Assembly: GCA_964619725.1 (NCBI GenBank)
Contig: CAZUFC010000044.1
Span: forward strand, 1-12,001
Reading direction: 5' to 3'
Length of the DNA stretch: 12,001 nt
Origin: an uncultured bacterium
GTDB taxonomy: Bacteria > CSSED10-310 > CAZUFC01
In this document: in pieces, positions 1-7,713 of the stretch
Layout: every line of letters starts with the position of its first letter
Position numbering within the stretch: the stretch's first letter is position 1
The notes under the pieces: model-generated
What the model saw: the letters and a program-made list of their open reading frames with translations, nothing else
Databases searched by the model: none
Told to the model about the DNA's origin: nothing
Program-made: the position numbers and the translations under genes

Positions 1-166
1 GCGTCCAATTTAACTGACTATTCCGGATGCCCGGCGGCAATCAAACATTGATAATACTTAATGGATTTTCTGCTGGCTTCAGGGCAACTTTTTTAACGAA
101 CTCTGAACTTATGAAAACCTGAAGAAGTATAGGATACCTGCGACAACGCAGCCTGAGTTCATAGGA

Positions 167-769
167 TTGTCCCAGACGCTTCATTACTGCGGGATCATAG
201 TAAAATACACGGAGAAGAGCCTGGCTGGGAACGGCGTTGTTTATTTCCCCGAACTGAAAACATCTTTGAACGATTTGCTGACGGCAGGCGAAAGCGCCAG
301 TCTTGAATTTAAATCAAGCGTCAGATGGGATTACAATGAAAGCAGGATCAATAAAGACTTGAGTAAGCCTATTATTCGAACGATTGCGGCATTATTGAAT
401 ACTAAAGGCGGCGTTCTTTTATTGGGAGTGAATGACGACGGAACGATATGCGGTATTGAAAAAGACCTGGAAACGCTTCCAAACAGGAACAGGGATGATT
501 TCACTCAGATGATCAGCAGTCTGATTCACTCAAAATTAGGTGCGGGTTATTGGGACCTGATTGATTTACAGTATCCCGAAAGCGATGGTAAGACAGTATG
601 CATGATAAAGGTTGAACCGAGTCCTGAACCTGTTTTTGTAGAAGTAAAAGGACCGAGCGGTTTCGTAAAGGATTTTTATATTCGCGCTATGAACACGACG
701 CGAGCTTTGAATGTAGAGGATGCCTATCGCTACATCGAGATGCATTGGGGAAAGTTTTTTCGTGGTTGA
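167..769 (+). CDS. Schlafen/AlbA_2-domain protein (putative nucleic-acid-binding/ribonuclease domain), possibly the 3' part of a disrupted longer gene
   Basis: AlbA_2 motifs GESASLEFKSS (E42/E47/K49), TIAALLNTKGGVLLLGVNDDG, GIEKD, IKVEPSPEPVF, FYIRAMNTTRAL. The start is a weak TTG without a clear RBS; the frame stays open upstream to TGA at 104-106. Confidence 0.85.
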   Translation: MSQTLHYCGIIVKYTEKSLAGNGVVYFPELKTSLNDLLTAGESASLEFKSSVRWDYNESRINKDLSKPIIRTIAALLNTKGGVLLLGVNDDGTICGIEKDLETLPNRNRDDFTQMISSLIHSKLGAGYWDLIDLQYPESDGKTVCMIKVEPSPEPVFVEVKGPSGFVKDFYIRAMNTTRALNVEDAYRYIEMHWGKFFRG

Positions 770-799
770 TTCAAGCTGAGTTTTTCGAATGAATTATAA

Positions 800-879
800 T
801 GACTTTCAAAAAGGCTTTCATGAGCCGCTTACCGTTCATCAAGGGCAAGGCGGCTGAGAAGCGAGGCATTATTAAGTCA
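800..879. other. Imperfect intergenic inverted repeat / stem-loop
   Basis: Outer arms TGACTT (800-805) / AAGTCA (874-879), inner arms AGCCGC (823-828) / GCGGCT (850-855), with GCTT/AAGC pairing between them. A perfect TATAAT lies at 795-800 with no well-spaced -35. Confidence 0.4.
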
Positions 880-915
880 GAGAACAGTTTGCATTAAATA
901 GAGAAGGTTCTGTTC

Positions 916-3900
916 ATGAAAAAAGAGGAAAAATCACATAGTATCATAATTTTACACCATTCAAGAGATTCAGAGTGGATTGGATTTGCTCGATCATATT
1001 TCGAAAATCAAGAATTCACCGTAACGTTGCTGGACGATAATTGGAAGGGCGAAGATGAGTTCGACCCTGATTCTATAAAGGGAATCTTTATCATGCTTTC
1101 TCCCGCTTTTGTGGACGATAAGTGGTCGCAAGAAATAATAACGGTAATTTCCAGGCAGGCAGCAAAGAAGCCGAATTCCGTAAGGGCGGTGGAGTTGAAG
1201 CCTTGTGATTGGGAAAAGCTTCCATGGAGCGATTATTTCATTTTAGCATCGTCAGAGAAGGGAGGACTTACAACACTCGATCCGAAAAGTTTGCAGGAAT
1301 TTTTTGGTAAGTTAATGGAGGATATTGATCGACCTGAACGGCGTGAAACACGGGAAAGTTTCCGCAGATTTTCTGATTTTTCATGCAGTGACACGGTTTC
1401 GGAAATTGTTGATCTGGCGTATCCGGGTTCGGCTTATTCCGACGATTTGACTTCCAGCAGTATTTTATTTGGATTTATCAGTTGGGGAGAGAATTACAGG
1501 GTCAAGTGGAAAACGCCTGCTTTTCTTTTCGATTTTTTATCGGCGAATAAAGTTGATTTGGGAATTTATTATGCCTTTTACGCGTTTGAGAATAAGAAAC
1601 AGAAAAAAAGCGACAAAGCGCGGTCTGCGAAAGCGCCTGAAAAGGCGGACGAAAGAAAGGAGAATGTTCCTGAAAGCATGACGACAAACGTTCTCGGCAT
1701 ACTTAAAGAAGCTGAACGAATATCTGTAAAGACGACGGGAACGAATAGAATATCGGCCAGGCATTTGCTGACGGGCATCCTTTTATATGAGCCGGAAACA
1801 GGCCAGACTGGGGCTCAGAAGCGATTTGAGGAGATGGGCGTAGACATGAAGTCTTTCCGCCGTGAATTTTTTGATTTTATAAGTGCATTAGAGAACTCCG
1901 ACGATAAAAAAGCGTGGGAGGAAATCATTTTTAATATTGAAGGCAGGGATTACCTGATACCACTTTACGATTCTGATGCTGCAGAGGGAGAAGACCTGCT
2001 GGGCATAGCAGAGGATATCGGACCGCTGGCGAAACTGATTGCATCGAAGTACAGCATACCGCCTTTATCCATTGGGCTTTTCGGCGATTGGGGTTCGGGT
2101 AAAAGTTTTTTTATGCGGAAATTAAAATCACAGGTTGAGTTCATTTCCAGGAGGGTTCGCAATTCCGGGATAATGCAAAAGGATGCTGCGTTTTACAAGC
2201 ATATAGTTCAGATCGAATTCAATGCCTGGCACTACTCATCAGGCAATCTGTGGGCGAGTTTGATGGACCATATCTGGAAGAACCTGGGGAAACCGGACAA
2301 GGAAGATACGGAGTTGGATAAAATTCGGAAACACTGGATAGAAAAGGTGGCGGAGTCTAAAGTGGACCTTGAACGGATCAGCAAAAGGAAAAAAGTTGCG
2401 AAAGATAAACTGGAAGAAGCTGAAAAACGCCTGGAGGAACTGAAGAACTCAAGAGAAGAAAAGGTGCAGGAGTTTGCTGAGATATCGGCTAAAACGCTGA
2501 CAGATTTTATTAATTCCGGGGAGGTTCCGGATGAAGTCAAGGAGGAAATGAATCGTGCATTGAAGGATGCGGGGCTTGACAGACGCGTGCAGCGGTTCGA
2601 GGATATCATAAAAGATTTGAAAGTGTTGAGGAAATTCGGCGTCCGGTTGTCCCGCTGTCTTATTCCTTTCTTTGAAAAAAAGAGTGAAATCAATAAAAAG
2701 AAAGTTTTAGGATATGCGTTGGGCTCGATATTGGCTGGACTGGTCTTTGGCGCCATTGTTTACGTCCTCTTTTCTCATTACCAGTTTCTTTCCGGTATTG
2801 TAATGACTCTGGCGACCGGATTGACGACGGTTCTAGCGCGTTTGCGAAAAGAATCGAATAAAATGAGACCTTTTCTTAATGCGCTCGACAAGTATGGCGA
2901 TAAGCTTGAAAGTTCGATAAAAGATCGTAAAGAAGAGTTTCAGAAAAGCAAGATTCGTCTGGAACAGGAATTAAGGTCATTTGAGGTCGAATATACGGTT
3001 GAAGCAAGCAGGGAACGGGAAGCAAAAAAGAGGGTCGAGGAACTGGAGGAAAGAATCGTGCGAGGCGACATATTATCCGAATTCATACATGACCGTGCTT
3101 CAAGCGATGATTACCGGAAGCATCTGGGATTGATAGCATTGATACGTAAAGACTTCAAGAATTTATCAGAGGGCATCGGGCAGGCGAATAGAAAGCTTGA
3201 ATTAATGAAGTCTTTGGAGGAGGAAAAGAAAGGCGAATCTACACGGATTAACCGAATTGTACTATACATAGATGATCTGGATCGCTGCCGTCCTGAAAGG
3301 GTTGTGGAAGTTCTGCAGGCGATTCACCTTCTGCTGGCTTTTCCCTTGTTTGTGGTCGTCGTGGGGGTTGATGCCCGTTGGATTTCACGCTCACTGATCA
3401 AATGTTATGAGGAGCTGTTATGCGATATTTCCGATGAAAAGGAACATGAACGGTGGTTCAGTAGACTTGCTTCTCCGCTTGATTACCTCGAAAAAATTTT
3501 TCAGATTTCCCTTTGGCTGAAACCGCTTAATCCGTTGATGCGGCAAACAATGATACGTGGACTATTGAAAGAATCAATGGTTCAAAATGAAATACCGGAT
3601 AGTTCTGCCGGTGACCAGTTATTGAAGCCGAAGATTGGAGAAGAGAATACTGGTGTAAATTCAGAAGGATCGATTGAAGAAATGCCGGTTCAACAAAAAG
3701 ATGAAAAAATTGTTAGTGTTGAAACTTCAAGCGATCAGAATTTCAACGTGAATCCGGAAAGGCTGAAAACCACTCCTTCGGAAAAGCGATTTATGGAAAA
3801 AGCGGCGCCTTTGCTCGGTCGCTCGCCGAGGGCCGTTAAAAGGTTCCTTAACCTCTATCATCTGGTTAAAGCCGGGTTGACGGAGATGGAAGAAGCTTCA

Positions 3901-4233
3901 TTTTTAGATGATAAAGAGGAGTATGCGAATTTCAAAATAGTATTGTTTTTATTAGCCGTTTTGACTGGAATGCCCCAATTTTCAGGATTTATTTTTAAAA
4001 CCATCATGGAAATGGACGCATCCAAAAACAAACATCATATTTCCGGGCTCATACAAAAGGTGGATGCAAGCAGAGAGGCGGCAGGCGATCTTTTAGAAAC
4101 AAGCGACTGGAAGCGCTTAAAAAACTGGCTGGAAACAGAGAACTGGAGTGAATTGCCAATTTCATCGCTTTCGGAACAAATTCCCAGAATCTGCCGATAT
4201 GCATTTGCCGTGGAACAAATAGAAATTGAATAA
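916..4233 (+). CDS. KAP-family P-loop NTPase with N-terminal TIR-like domain, tandem Clp-N-like repeats, coiled coils and two TM helices
   Basis: Walker A GDWGSGKS (aa 390-397, nt 2083-2106) preceded by the KAP-typical DLLG and PPLSIGLF; FNAWHY; Walker B IVLYIDDLDRC (nt 3256-3288); YLEKIFQ (nt 3484-3504); SPRAVKRFLN. Hydrophobic hairpin at aa ~597-641 between the Walker motifs. TIR-like aa ~8-140 (ILHHSRDSEW, IMLSPAFVDDKW, AVELKPCDW). Clp-N-like aa ~155-320 (ILKEAERIS...ISARHLLTGIL...FEEMGVD). RBS-like GAGAAGG upstream. Confidence 0.9.
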   Translation: MKKEEKSHSIIILHHSRDSEWIGFARSYFENQEFTVTLLDDNWKGEDEFDPDSIKGIFIMLSPAFVDDKWSQEIITVISRQAAKKPNSVRAVELKPCDWEKLPWSDYFILASSEKGGLTTLDPKSLQEFFGKLMEDIDRPERRETRESFRRFSDFSCSDTVSEIVDLAYPGSAYSDDLTSSSILFGFISWGENYRVKWKTPAFLFDFLSANKVDLGIYYAFYAFENKKQKKSDKARSAKAPEKADERKENVPESMTTNVLGILKEAERISVKTTGTNRISARHLLTGILLYEPETGQTGAQKRFEEMGVDMKSFRREFFDFISALENSDDKKAWEEIIFNIEGRDYLIPLYDSDAAEGEDLLGIAEDIGPLAKLIASKYSIPPLSIGLFGDWGSGKSFFMRKLKSQVEFISRRVRNSGIMQKDAAFYKHIVQIEFNAWHYSSGNLWASLMDHIWKNLGKPDKEDTELDKIRKHWIEKVAESKVDLERISKRKKVAKDKLEEAEKRLEELKNSREEKVQEFAEISAKTLTDFINSGEVPDEVKEEMNRALKDAGLDRRVQRFEDIIKDLKVLRKFGVRLSRCLIPFFEKKSEINKKKVLGYALGSILAGLVFGAIVYVLFSHYQFLSGIVMTLATGLTTVLARLRKESNKMRPFLNALDKYGDKLESSIKDRKEEFQKSKIRLEQELRSFEVEYTVEASREREAKKRVEELEERIVRGDILSEFIHDRASSDDYRKHLGLIALIRKDFKNLSEGIGQANRKLELMKSLEEEKKGESTRINRIVLYIDDLDRCRPERVVEVLQAIHLLLAFPLFVVVVGVDARWISRSLIKCYEELLCDISDEKEHERWFSRLASPLDYLEKIFQISLWLKPLNPLMRQTMIRGLLKESMVQNEIPDSSAGDQLLKPKIGEENTGVNSEGSIEEMPVQQKDEKIVSVETSSDQNFNVNPERLKTTPSEKRFMEKAAPLLGRSPRAVKRFLNLYHLVKAGLTEMEEASFLDDKEEYANFKIVLFLLAVLTGMPQFSGFIFKTIMEMDASKNKHHISGLIQKVDASREAAGDLLETSDWKRLKNWLETENWSELPISSLSEQIPRICRYAFAVEQIEIE

Positions 4234-4332
4234 ACCGGAAGTTACTTTCAAGCGACGAGCGCTCAATTGGAAAATGTTTAAAAAAGACAAAAAAATGCAA
4301 CAGACTGATTTTTTTCCAATAGAAGAAAATTC

Positions 4333-4773
4333 ATGACCATAATCATAACATTACTGATCGCCGGCGCTGTTCCTTTCCTGTGCGGGATCATCTGGATTTT
4401 GCGGCAGAGAGGACAGACGACCCGTCGTTCAGGGGCGGAGATCGGCGCTGAAATTATGGCGGAAAACTTGGAACGGCGTAGCCGCATGAGGGGAGATTCT
4501 GCTTCATATCAGAAGACTTTTTTCTGGGGAAAAGGTTGGGCGATTAAGCGGGAAGCGAGTATTTCTTACAAAGAATTGAAAAAACTGATGGGTGAAGGAG
4601 ATTTGAACATTATCGTGCCGGTCGGACTCGTTTTTATCGGGATGATCGGCATTATTACAGGACTCGGATTATCGATGTTTCATCTGTTTGACAGCGTTGT
4701 TCCCGGTTTGATCTTTTTCGGCTTTTTTATTTATGGAATTTATGTCGTGATAAGGGGGTTCCTGAAGGCATGA
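4333..4773 (+). CDS. Hypothetical membrane protein (about 3 TM segments)
   Basis: 146-aa ORF with an N-terminal hydrophobic helix, a charged loop and two C-terminal hydrophobic helices; co-oriented with the KAP gene, 99 bp downstream. Confidence 0.7.
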   Translation: MTIIITLLIAGAVPFLCGIIWILRQRGQTTRRSGAEIGAEIMAENLERRSRMRGDSASYQKTFFWGKGWAIKREASISYKELKKLMGEGDLNIIVPVGLVFIGMIGIITGLGLSMFHLFDSVVPGLIFFGFFIYGIYVVIRGFLKA

Positions 4774-4778
4774 AATAC

Positions 4779-4833
4779 GGCATCGATCAAAAAAGCGTCT
4801 TTTAAGGTTACGATTTTTCAAAATATCCCATCA
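4779..4833 (+). mobile_element. MITE-like repeat, copy A (left TIR + head only)
   Basis: 4779-4832 matches the reverse complement of 7662-7713 at 46/54 positions (one 2-nt gap). 4778-4833 matches 10908-10963 at 40/56 positions ungapped. Begins with TIR-like GGCATCGATCAAA. Confidence 0.7.
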
Positions 4834-4930
4834 TATATAATGGCACTGAGAAAATTGATGTTTGGACTTGGACTTATATGAAAAACAACCCCCCGATCCG
4901 CTAATGCTGAGTGAGACTAAGGAATGGATG

Positions 4931-4953
4931 AAATTAAAAACCCTGAAAGGGTT
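4931..4953 (-). terminator. Candidate intrinsic terminator of uup
   Basis: On the - strand, 6 nt after the uup stop: AACCCT-TTC-AGGGTT hairpin followed by TTTAATTT. The stem is short and only half G/C, so weak. Confidence 0.45.
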
Positions 4954-4959
4954 GAACTG

Positions 4960-6876
4960 TCAGGTTCCTTTTTTGTTTTTCAGCAGAGTTTGCTGGAGCG
5001 ATTCCAGTTCTTCCCACCTGTTGAAGTTTTCGTTTATTTCTTTTTCTATTGCCTGGAGTCGTTTTTTTGCATCGGCTATTTTACGGGCATCGTTCTTATA
5101 CAGTTGCACATCGGACATCATGGCGTATAACTGCTGTTTTTCCTGTTCCAGGTTTTCGATTTTCATGGGCAGAGTTTCCAGTTCTTTTTGCTGTTTGTAG
5201 CTTAACTTGCTGGGTCTTTTTTTCCTGGTTTCCTTGTTCGCTTTCCTGGTTTCCCTGGTTCGGGTTTGTTCTGTTTTCGGCTTTCGTCTTTGCCTTAGCC
5301 AGTCGTCGTACCCTCCTACATATTCGTTTACGGTTCCTTCATCTTCGAAAACCAGCGTTGACGTAGCGAGATTGTTCAGGAATTCCCTGTCGTGACTGAC
5401 GGTGAGAACGGTTCCTTTGTATTCCTGGAGCAGTTCTTCCAGCAGTTCAGCCGTTTCCATGTCCAGGTCGTTGGTGGGTTCGTCCAGGACCAGGAGATTG
5501 CTGGGTCTGGCGAACAGTTTGGCCAGCATGAGGCGGTTGCGTTCGCCGCCTGATAATATTTTTACGGGATACCGGGACTGTTCAGGGGTGAAAAGAAAAT
5601 CTATCAGGTAGGCCAGGAGCTGCCTGGGTTTGCCGTTTACGGTTATGACGTCGGCGCCCTCCACAATGTTGTCGGCCAGTGATTTTTCATCGTCCAACTG
5701 TTCTCTTAGCTGATCGAAATAGCCGATTTCCAGCCTGGTACCGTGACTTACGGTTCCTTCGTCAGGATCAAGCGTTTTCAGCAGTAATTTCAACAGGGTC
5801 GTTTTGCCGCATCCGTTCGGTCCTATGATGCCGATCCTGTCGCCCCGGGTAATAGTCGTTGAAAAATTCTTTATCAAGGGTTTTTCACCATAGCTGAAGG
5901 ATACGTTTTCTGCTGATATAGCCAGCTTCCCTGAACGTTCCGCTTCCTGGAGACGCATCCTGGCTGTCCCGGTCCTCTCGAACCGTTCCCGCCTTATTTT
6001 GCGCATTTCGATCAATTCTTTTACCCGGCCCTGGTTGCGCTTGCGGCGAGCTTTTACGCCTCTTCTTATCCAGGCTTCCTCCTCGGCCATCCGGCGGTCC
6101 TGCTGTTCCCACTGCCTGTCCTCGATCTGCATCGCCTTGTCTTTCCGCTCCATGAAGGTATCGTAATCGCAGTTCCAGTTTATCAAAGTCCTTCCATAAA
6201 TTTCGATGATCCTGGAGGCCAGGTTGCGGACGAACATACGGTCATGACTGACGAAAACAACGGAAGCGCCGAACCCGGAAAGAAACTCTTCCAGCCGGCA
6301 TACCGCATCGATGTCCAGGTGGTTAGTCGGTTCGTCCAGAAACAGAATGTCAGGTCTGAATGCCGCCGCTCGCGCCAATAGAACCTGCCTCTTTAGTCCA
6401 GCGGATAAACTTTCGAATTCAGCTTCAGGAGCGAGACTCAATCGGGAGAGTATCATGTCTACGGTCAACTCTTTTCGCCAGGCTTCGGAAGCTTCCGAAA
6501 CATCTGATGAGCGCTGTCCTGCCGATTGGATCAGTTTAACGCCGCTTGATGAGCCGATTAACCCCGGCAGGTGACCGGGTTCTTCCAGATGAGCGTCGGC
6601 GAATAATCCGTCAGCCGCTATATCGTAGACTTTTCCCGTAATATTATCCGGGACCTGCTGACTTACCATCGCGGTCCGCAAATCCTGTCGAGGGCTGATG
6701 CTGCCCTCGTCCGGGTATATCTCAAAATTCATGGCGCGCAACAGGGTCGTCTTTCCTACGCCGTTTCTGCCCATCAGAGCGATCCTCTCGCCCGGCTCAA
6801 CCTGCAAATTCACATTCTCCAGAAGATAAGGCCGGCCGAAACCTACGCTCATATCCTGTATTCCCATTAACGCCAT
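4960..6876 (-). CDS. uup: ABC-F family ATPase Uup (638 aa)
   Basis: Two ABC domains (GRNGVGKT / LSAG / LFLDEPTNHLD and GPNGCGKT / LSGGERNRL / LVLDEPTNDLD), Uup-typical linker EEAWIRRGVKARRKRNQGRV, C-terminal coiled coil KLSYKQQKELETLP...RWEELE, no TM segments. Start moved from 6942 to ATG 6876 (MALMGIQDMSVGFG), which has GAGG 6 nt upstream. Confidence 0.92.
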   Translation of the reverse strand: MALMGIQDMSVGFGRPYLLENVNLQVEPGERIALMGRNGVGKTTLLRAMNFEIYPDEGSISPRQDLRTAMVSQQVPDNITGKVYDIAADGLFADAHLEEPGHLPGLIGSSSGVKLIQSAGQRSSDVSEASEAWRKELTVDMILSRLSLAPEAEFESLSAGLKRQVLLARAAAFRPDILFLDEPTNHLDIDAVCRLEEFLSGFGASVVFVSHDRMFVRNLASRIIEIYGRTLINWNCDYDTFMERKDKAMQIEDRQWEQQDRRMAEEEAWIRRGVKARRKRNQGRVKELIEMRKIRRERFERTGTARMRLQEAERSGKLAISAENVSFSYGEKPLIKNFSTTITRGDRIGIIGPNGCGKTTLLKLLLKTLDPDEGTVSHGTRLEIGYFDQLREQLDDEKSLADNIVEGADVITVNGKPRQLLAYLIDFLFTPEQSRYPVKILSGGERNRLMLAKLFARPSNLLVLDEPTNDLDMETAELLEELLQEYKGTVLTVSHDREFLNNLATSTLVFEDEGTVNEYVGGYDDWLRQRRKPKTEQTRTRETRKANKETRKKRPSKLSYKQQKELETLPMKIENLEQEKQQLYAMMSDVQLYKNDARKIADAKKRLQAIEKEINENFNRWEELESLQQTLLKNKKGT

Positions 6877-6884
6877 GTAATACC

Positions 6885-6938
6885 TCGCATCCGATATCCC
6901 GGTTTCGCCTGTCTTAACCGGACAGACCGTCGATGCGA
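6885..6938 (-). promoter_or_regulatory. Predicted 5'-UTR stem-loop of uup overlapping the Shine-Dalgarno
   Basis: Nested arms TCGCATC (6885-6891) / GATGCGA (6932-6938), CGGT (6900-6903) / ACCG (6926-6929), CTGTC (6909-6913) / GACAG (6921-6925). Confidence 0.45.
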
Positions 6939-6944
6939 TCATAC

Positions 6945-6973
6945 ACTTTAAAACACTTTTCTGCTATGTTCAA
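6945..6973 (-). promoter_or_regulatory. Candidate sigma70 promoter for uup
   Basis: - strand TTGAAC (6973-6968), 17 bp spacer, TAAAGT (6950-6945); 4/6 match in each box. Confidence 0.35.
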
Positions 6974-7016
6974 AGGGGTTTTCGGAAGTTGAATTCCAGA
7001 CGCTGGACGGCGGATG

Positions 7017-7466
7017 TCAAGTGCTGGATTCCGTATGCCGGTTGCCGGCCGGCGTAAGTTTTTTGGGCGGCGTTTTCTCTTTTTCTTCATGCACGAAGTA
7101 GAATCCGCAAGTATCCTTCGTTACCCAGTCTTTTTCCGTCCGGGGGTATTTTCTGCAACCGAGGAAACGGATGGGATATATGCGGCAGCGCGCTTTACCG
7201 TTTTCATCGTACTTCAAAAACGGGCAATTGATGACAAGTTTGCAGCAGGCGCCGCAGCCGATGCATTTCCCGCGTCTGTTGGAGGCTACGGGTAACCAGT
7301 ATTTGGGAACGCGTATCAGTTTGCCGATTAATTCCTTACGCATTTTCGCGCCGGACCCGTTGAAAACCTGCAATATCTTTTTCCACGAGACGCCCGTTGA
7401 GTTCGAGCCTGATTTCTGATGTTCTCTTTTCACTTGATGATCTTTCAACTCCTTCTTTTGCTGCAT
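7017..7466 (-). CDS. YkgJ-like CxxCxxCC cysteine-cluster (Zn/Fe-chelating) protein
   Basis: CIGCGACC...CPFL...CRIYPIRFLGCRKYP...CGF pattern. The start is uncertain (ATG 7466 or 7343). The ORF-track extension to 7589 overlaps a promoter-like TGGACA-16-TAAACT (7517-7490) and the MITE end, so it is probably not translated. Confidence 0.75.
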   Translation of the reverse strand: MQQKKELKDHQVKREHQKSGSNSTGVSWKKILQVFNGSGAKMRKELIGKLIRVPKYWLPVASNRRGKCIGCGACCKLVINCPFLKYDENGKARCRIYPIRFLGCRKYPRTEKDWVTKDTCGFYFVHEEKEKTPPKKLTPAGNRHTESST

Positions 7467-7578
7467 GCGAAAAATTCGTCTATCGTTATAGTTTAAAACA
7501 AATAATAAAAATGTCCAGAGCGCTTTTTGGAAAATTTCCGCAGACAAAATCCAATTACGGCAGGCAAAAAGAATTGCA

Positions 7579-7713
7579 GGACTGATCAAACCGGGGTCAT
7601 ACTTCTTTAAAGACTTTCGACAGCTTGTTTCAGTAATCCGTATCGGGATATTAATCGAAACGATGGGATATTATAAAATTGTAACCTCAAAAGACGCATT
7701 TTTGATCAATTCC
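7579..7713 (-). mobile_element. MITE-like element, copy B (complete, 135 bp)
   Basis: TIRs GGACTGATCAAA (7579-7590) and TTTGATCAATTCC (7701-7713); flanking direct repeat AGAATTGCA (7570-7578) / AAAATTGCA (7714-7722), 8/9 identical; head shared with copies A and D, tail shared with copy C; no coding capacity. Confidence 0.75.

Noticed and set aside
104-106. In-frame TGA upstream of the AlbA_2 ORF as selenocysteine or recoded stop
   Set aside because: No redox-motif context or evident SECIS hairpin, the frame closes again at TAA 59-61, and other genes here use TGA as a normal stop.
4266-4320. 9-bp inverted repeat ATTGGAAAA / TTTTCCAAT after the KAP gene
   Set aside because: AT-rich arms with a 37-nt loop in an A/T-rich spacer; not terminator-like and plausibly chance.
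4842-4936. Second TIR-like GGCACTGAGAAAA (4842-4854) and a 7/9 match of the copy A flank (ATGAAATTA, 4928-4936)
   Set aside because: The intervening sequence does not align convincingly with the element head or tail and no right TIR precedes 4928, so a full-length copy A cannot be supported.
6877-6942. 22-aa N-terminal extension of Uup in the ORF track
   Set aside because: ABC-F homology begins at MALMGIQD (6876), which has a GAGG RBS; the extension coincides with the predicted leader hairpin.
4779-7713. Composite transposon or invertible segment carrying uup and the ykgJ-like gene, bounded by the inverted heads of copies A and B
   Set aside because: The outer flanks (ATGAAATAC vs AAAATTGCA) are not a duplication, copy B has its own 9-bp duplication, the cargo is housekeeping and no recombinase is present. 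Independent insertions explain it better.
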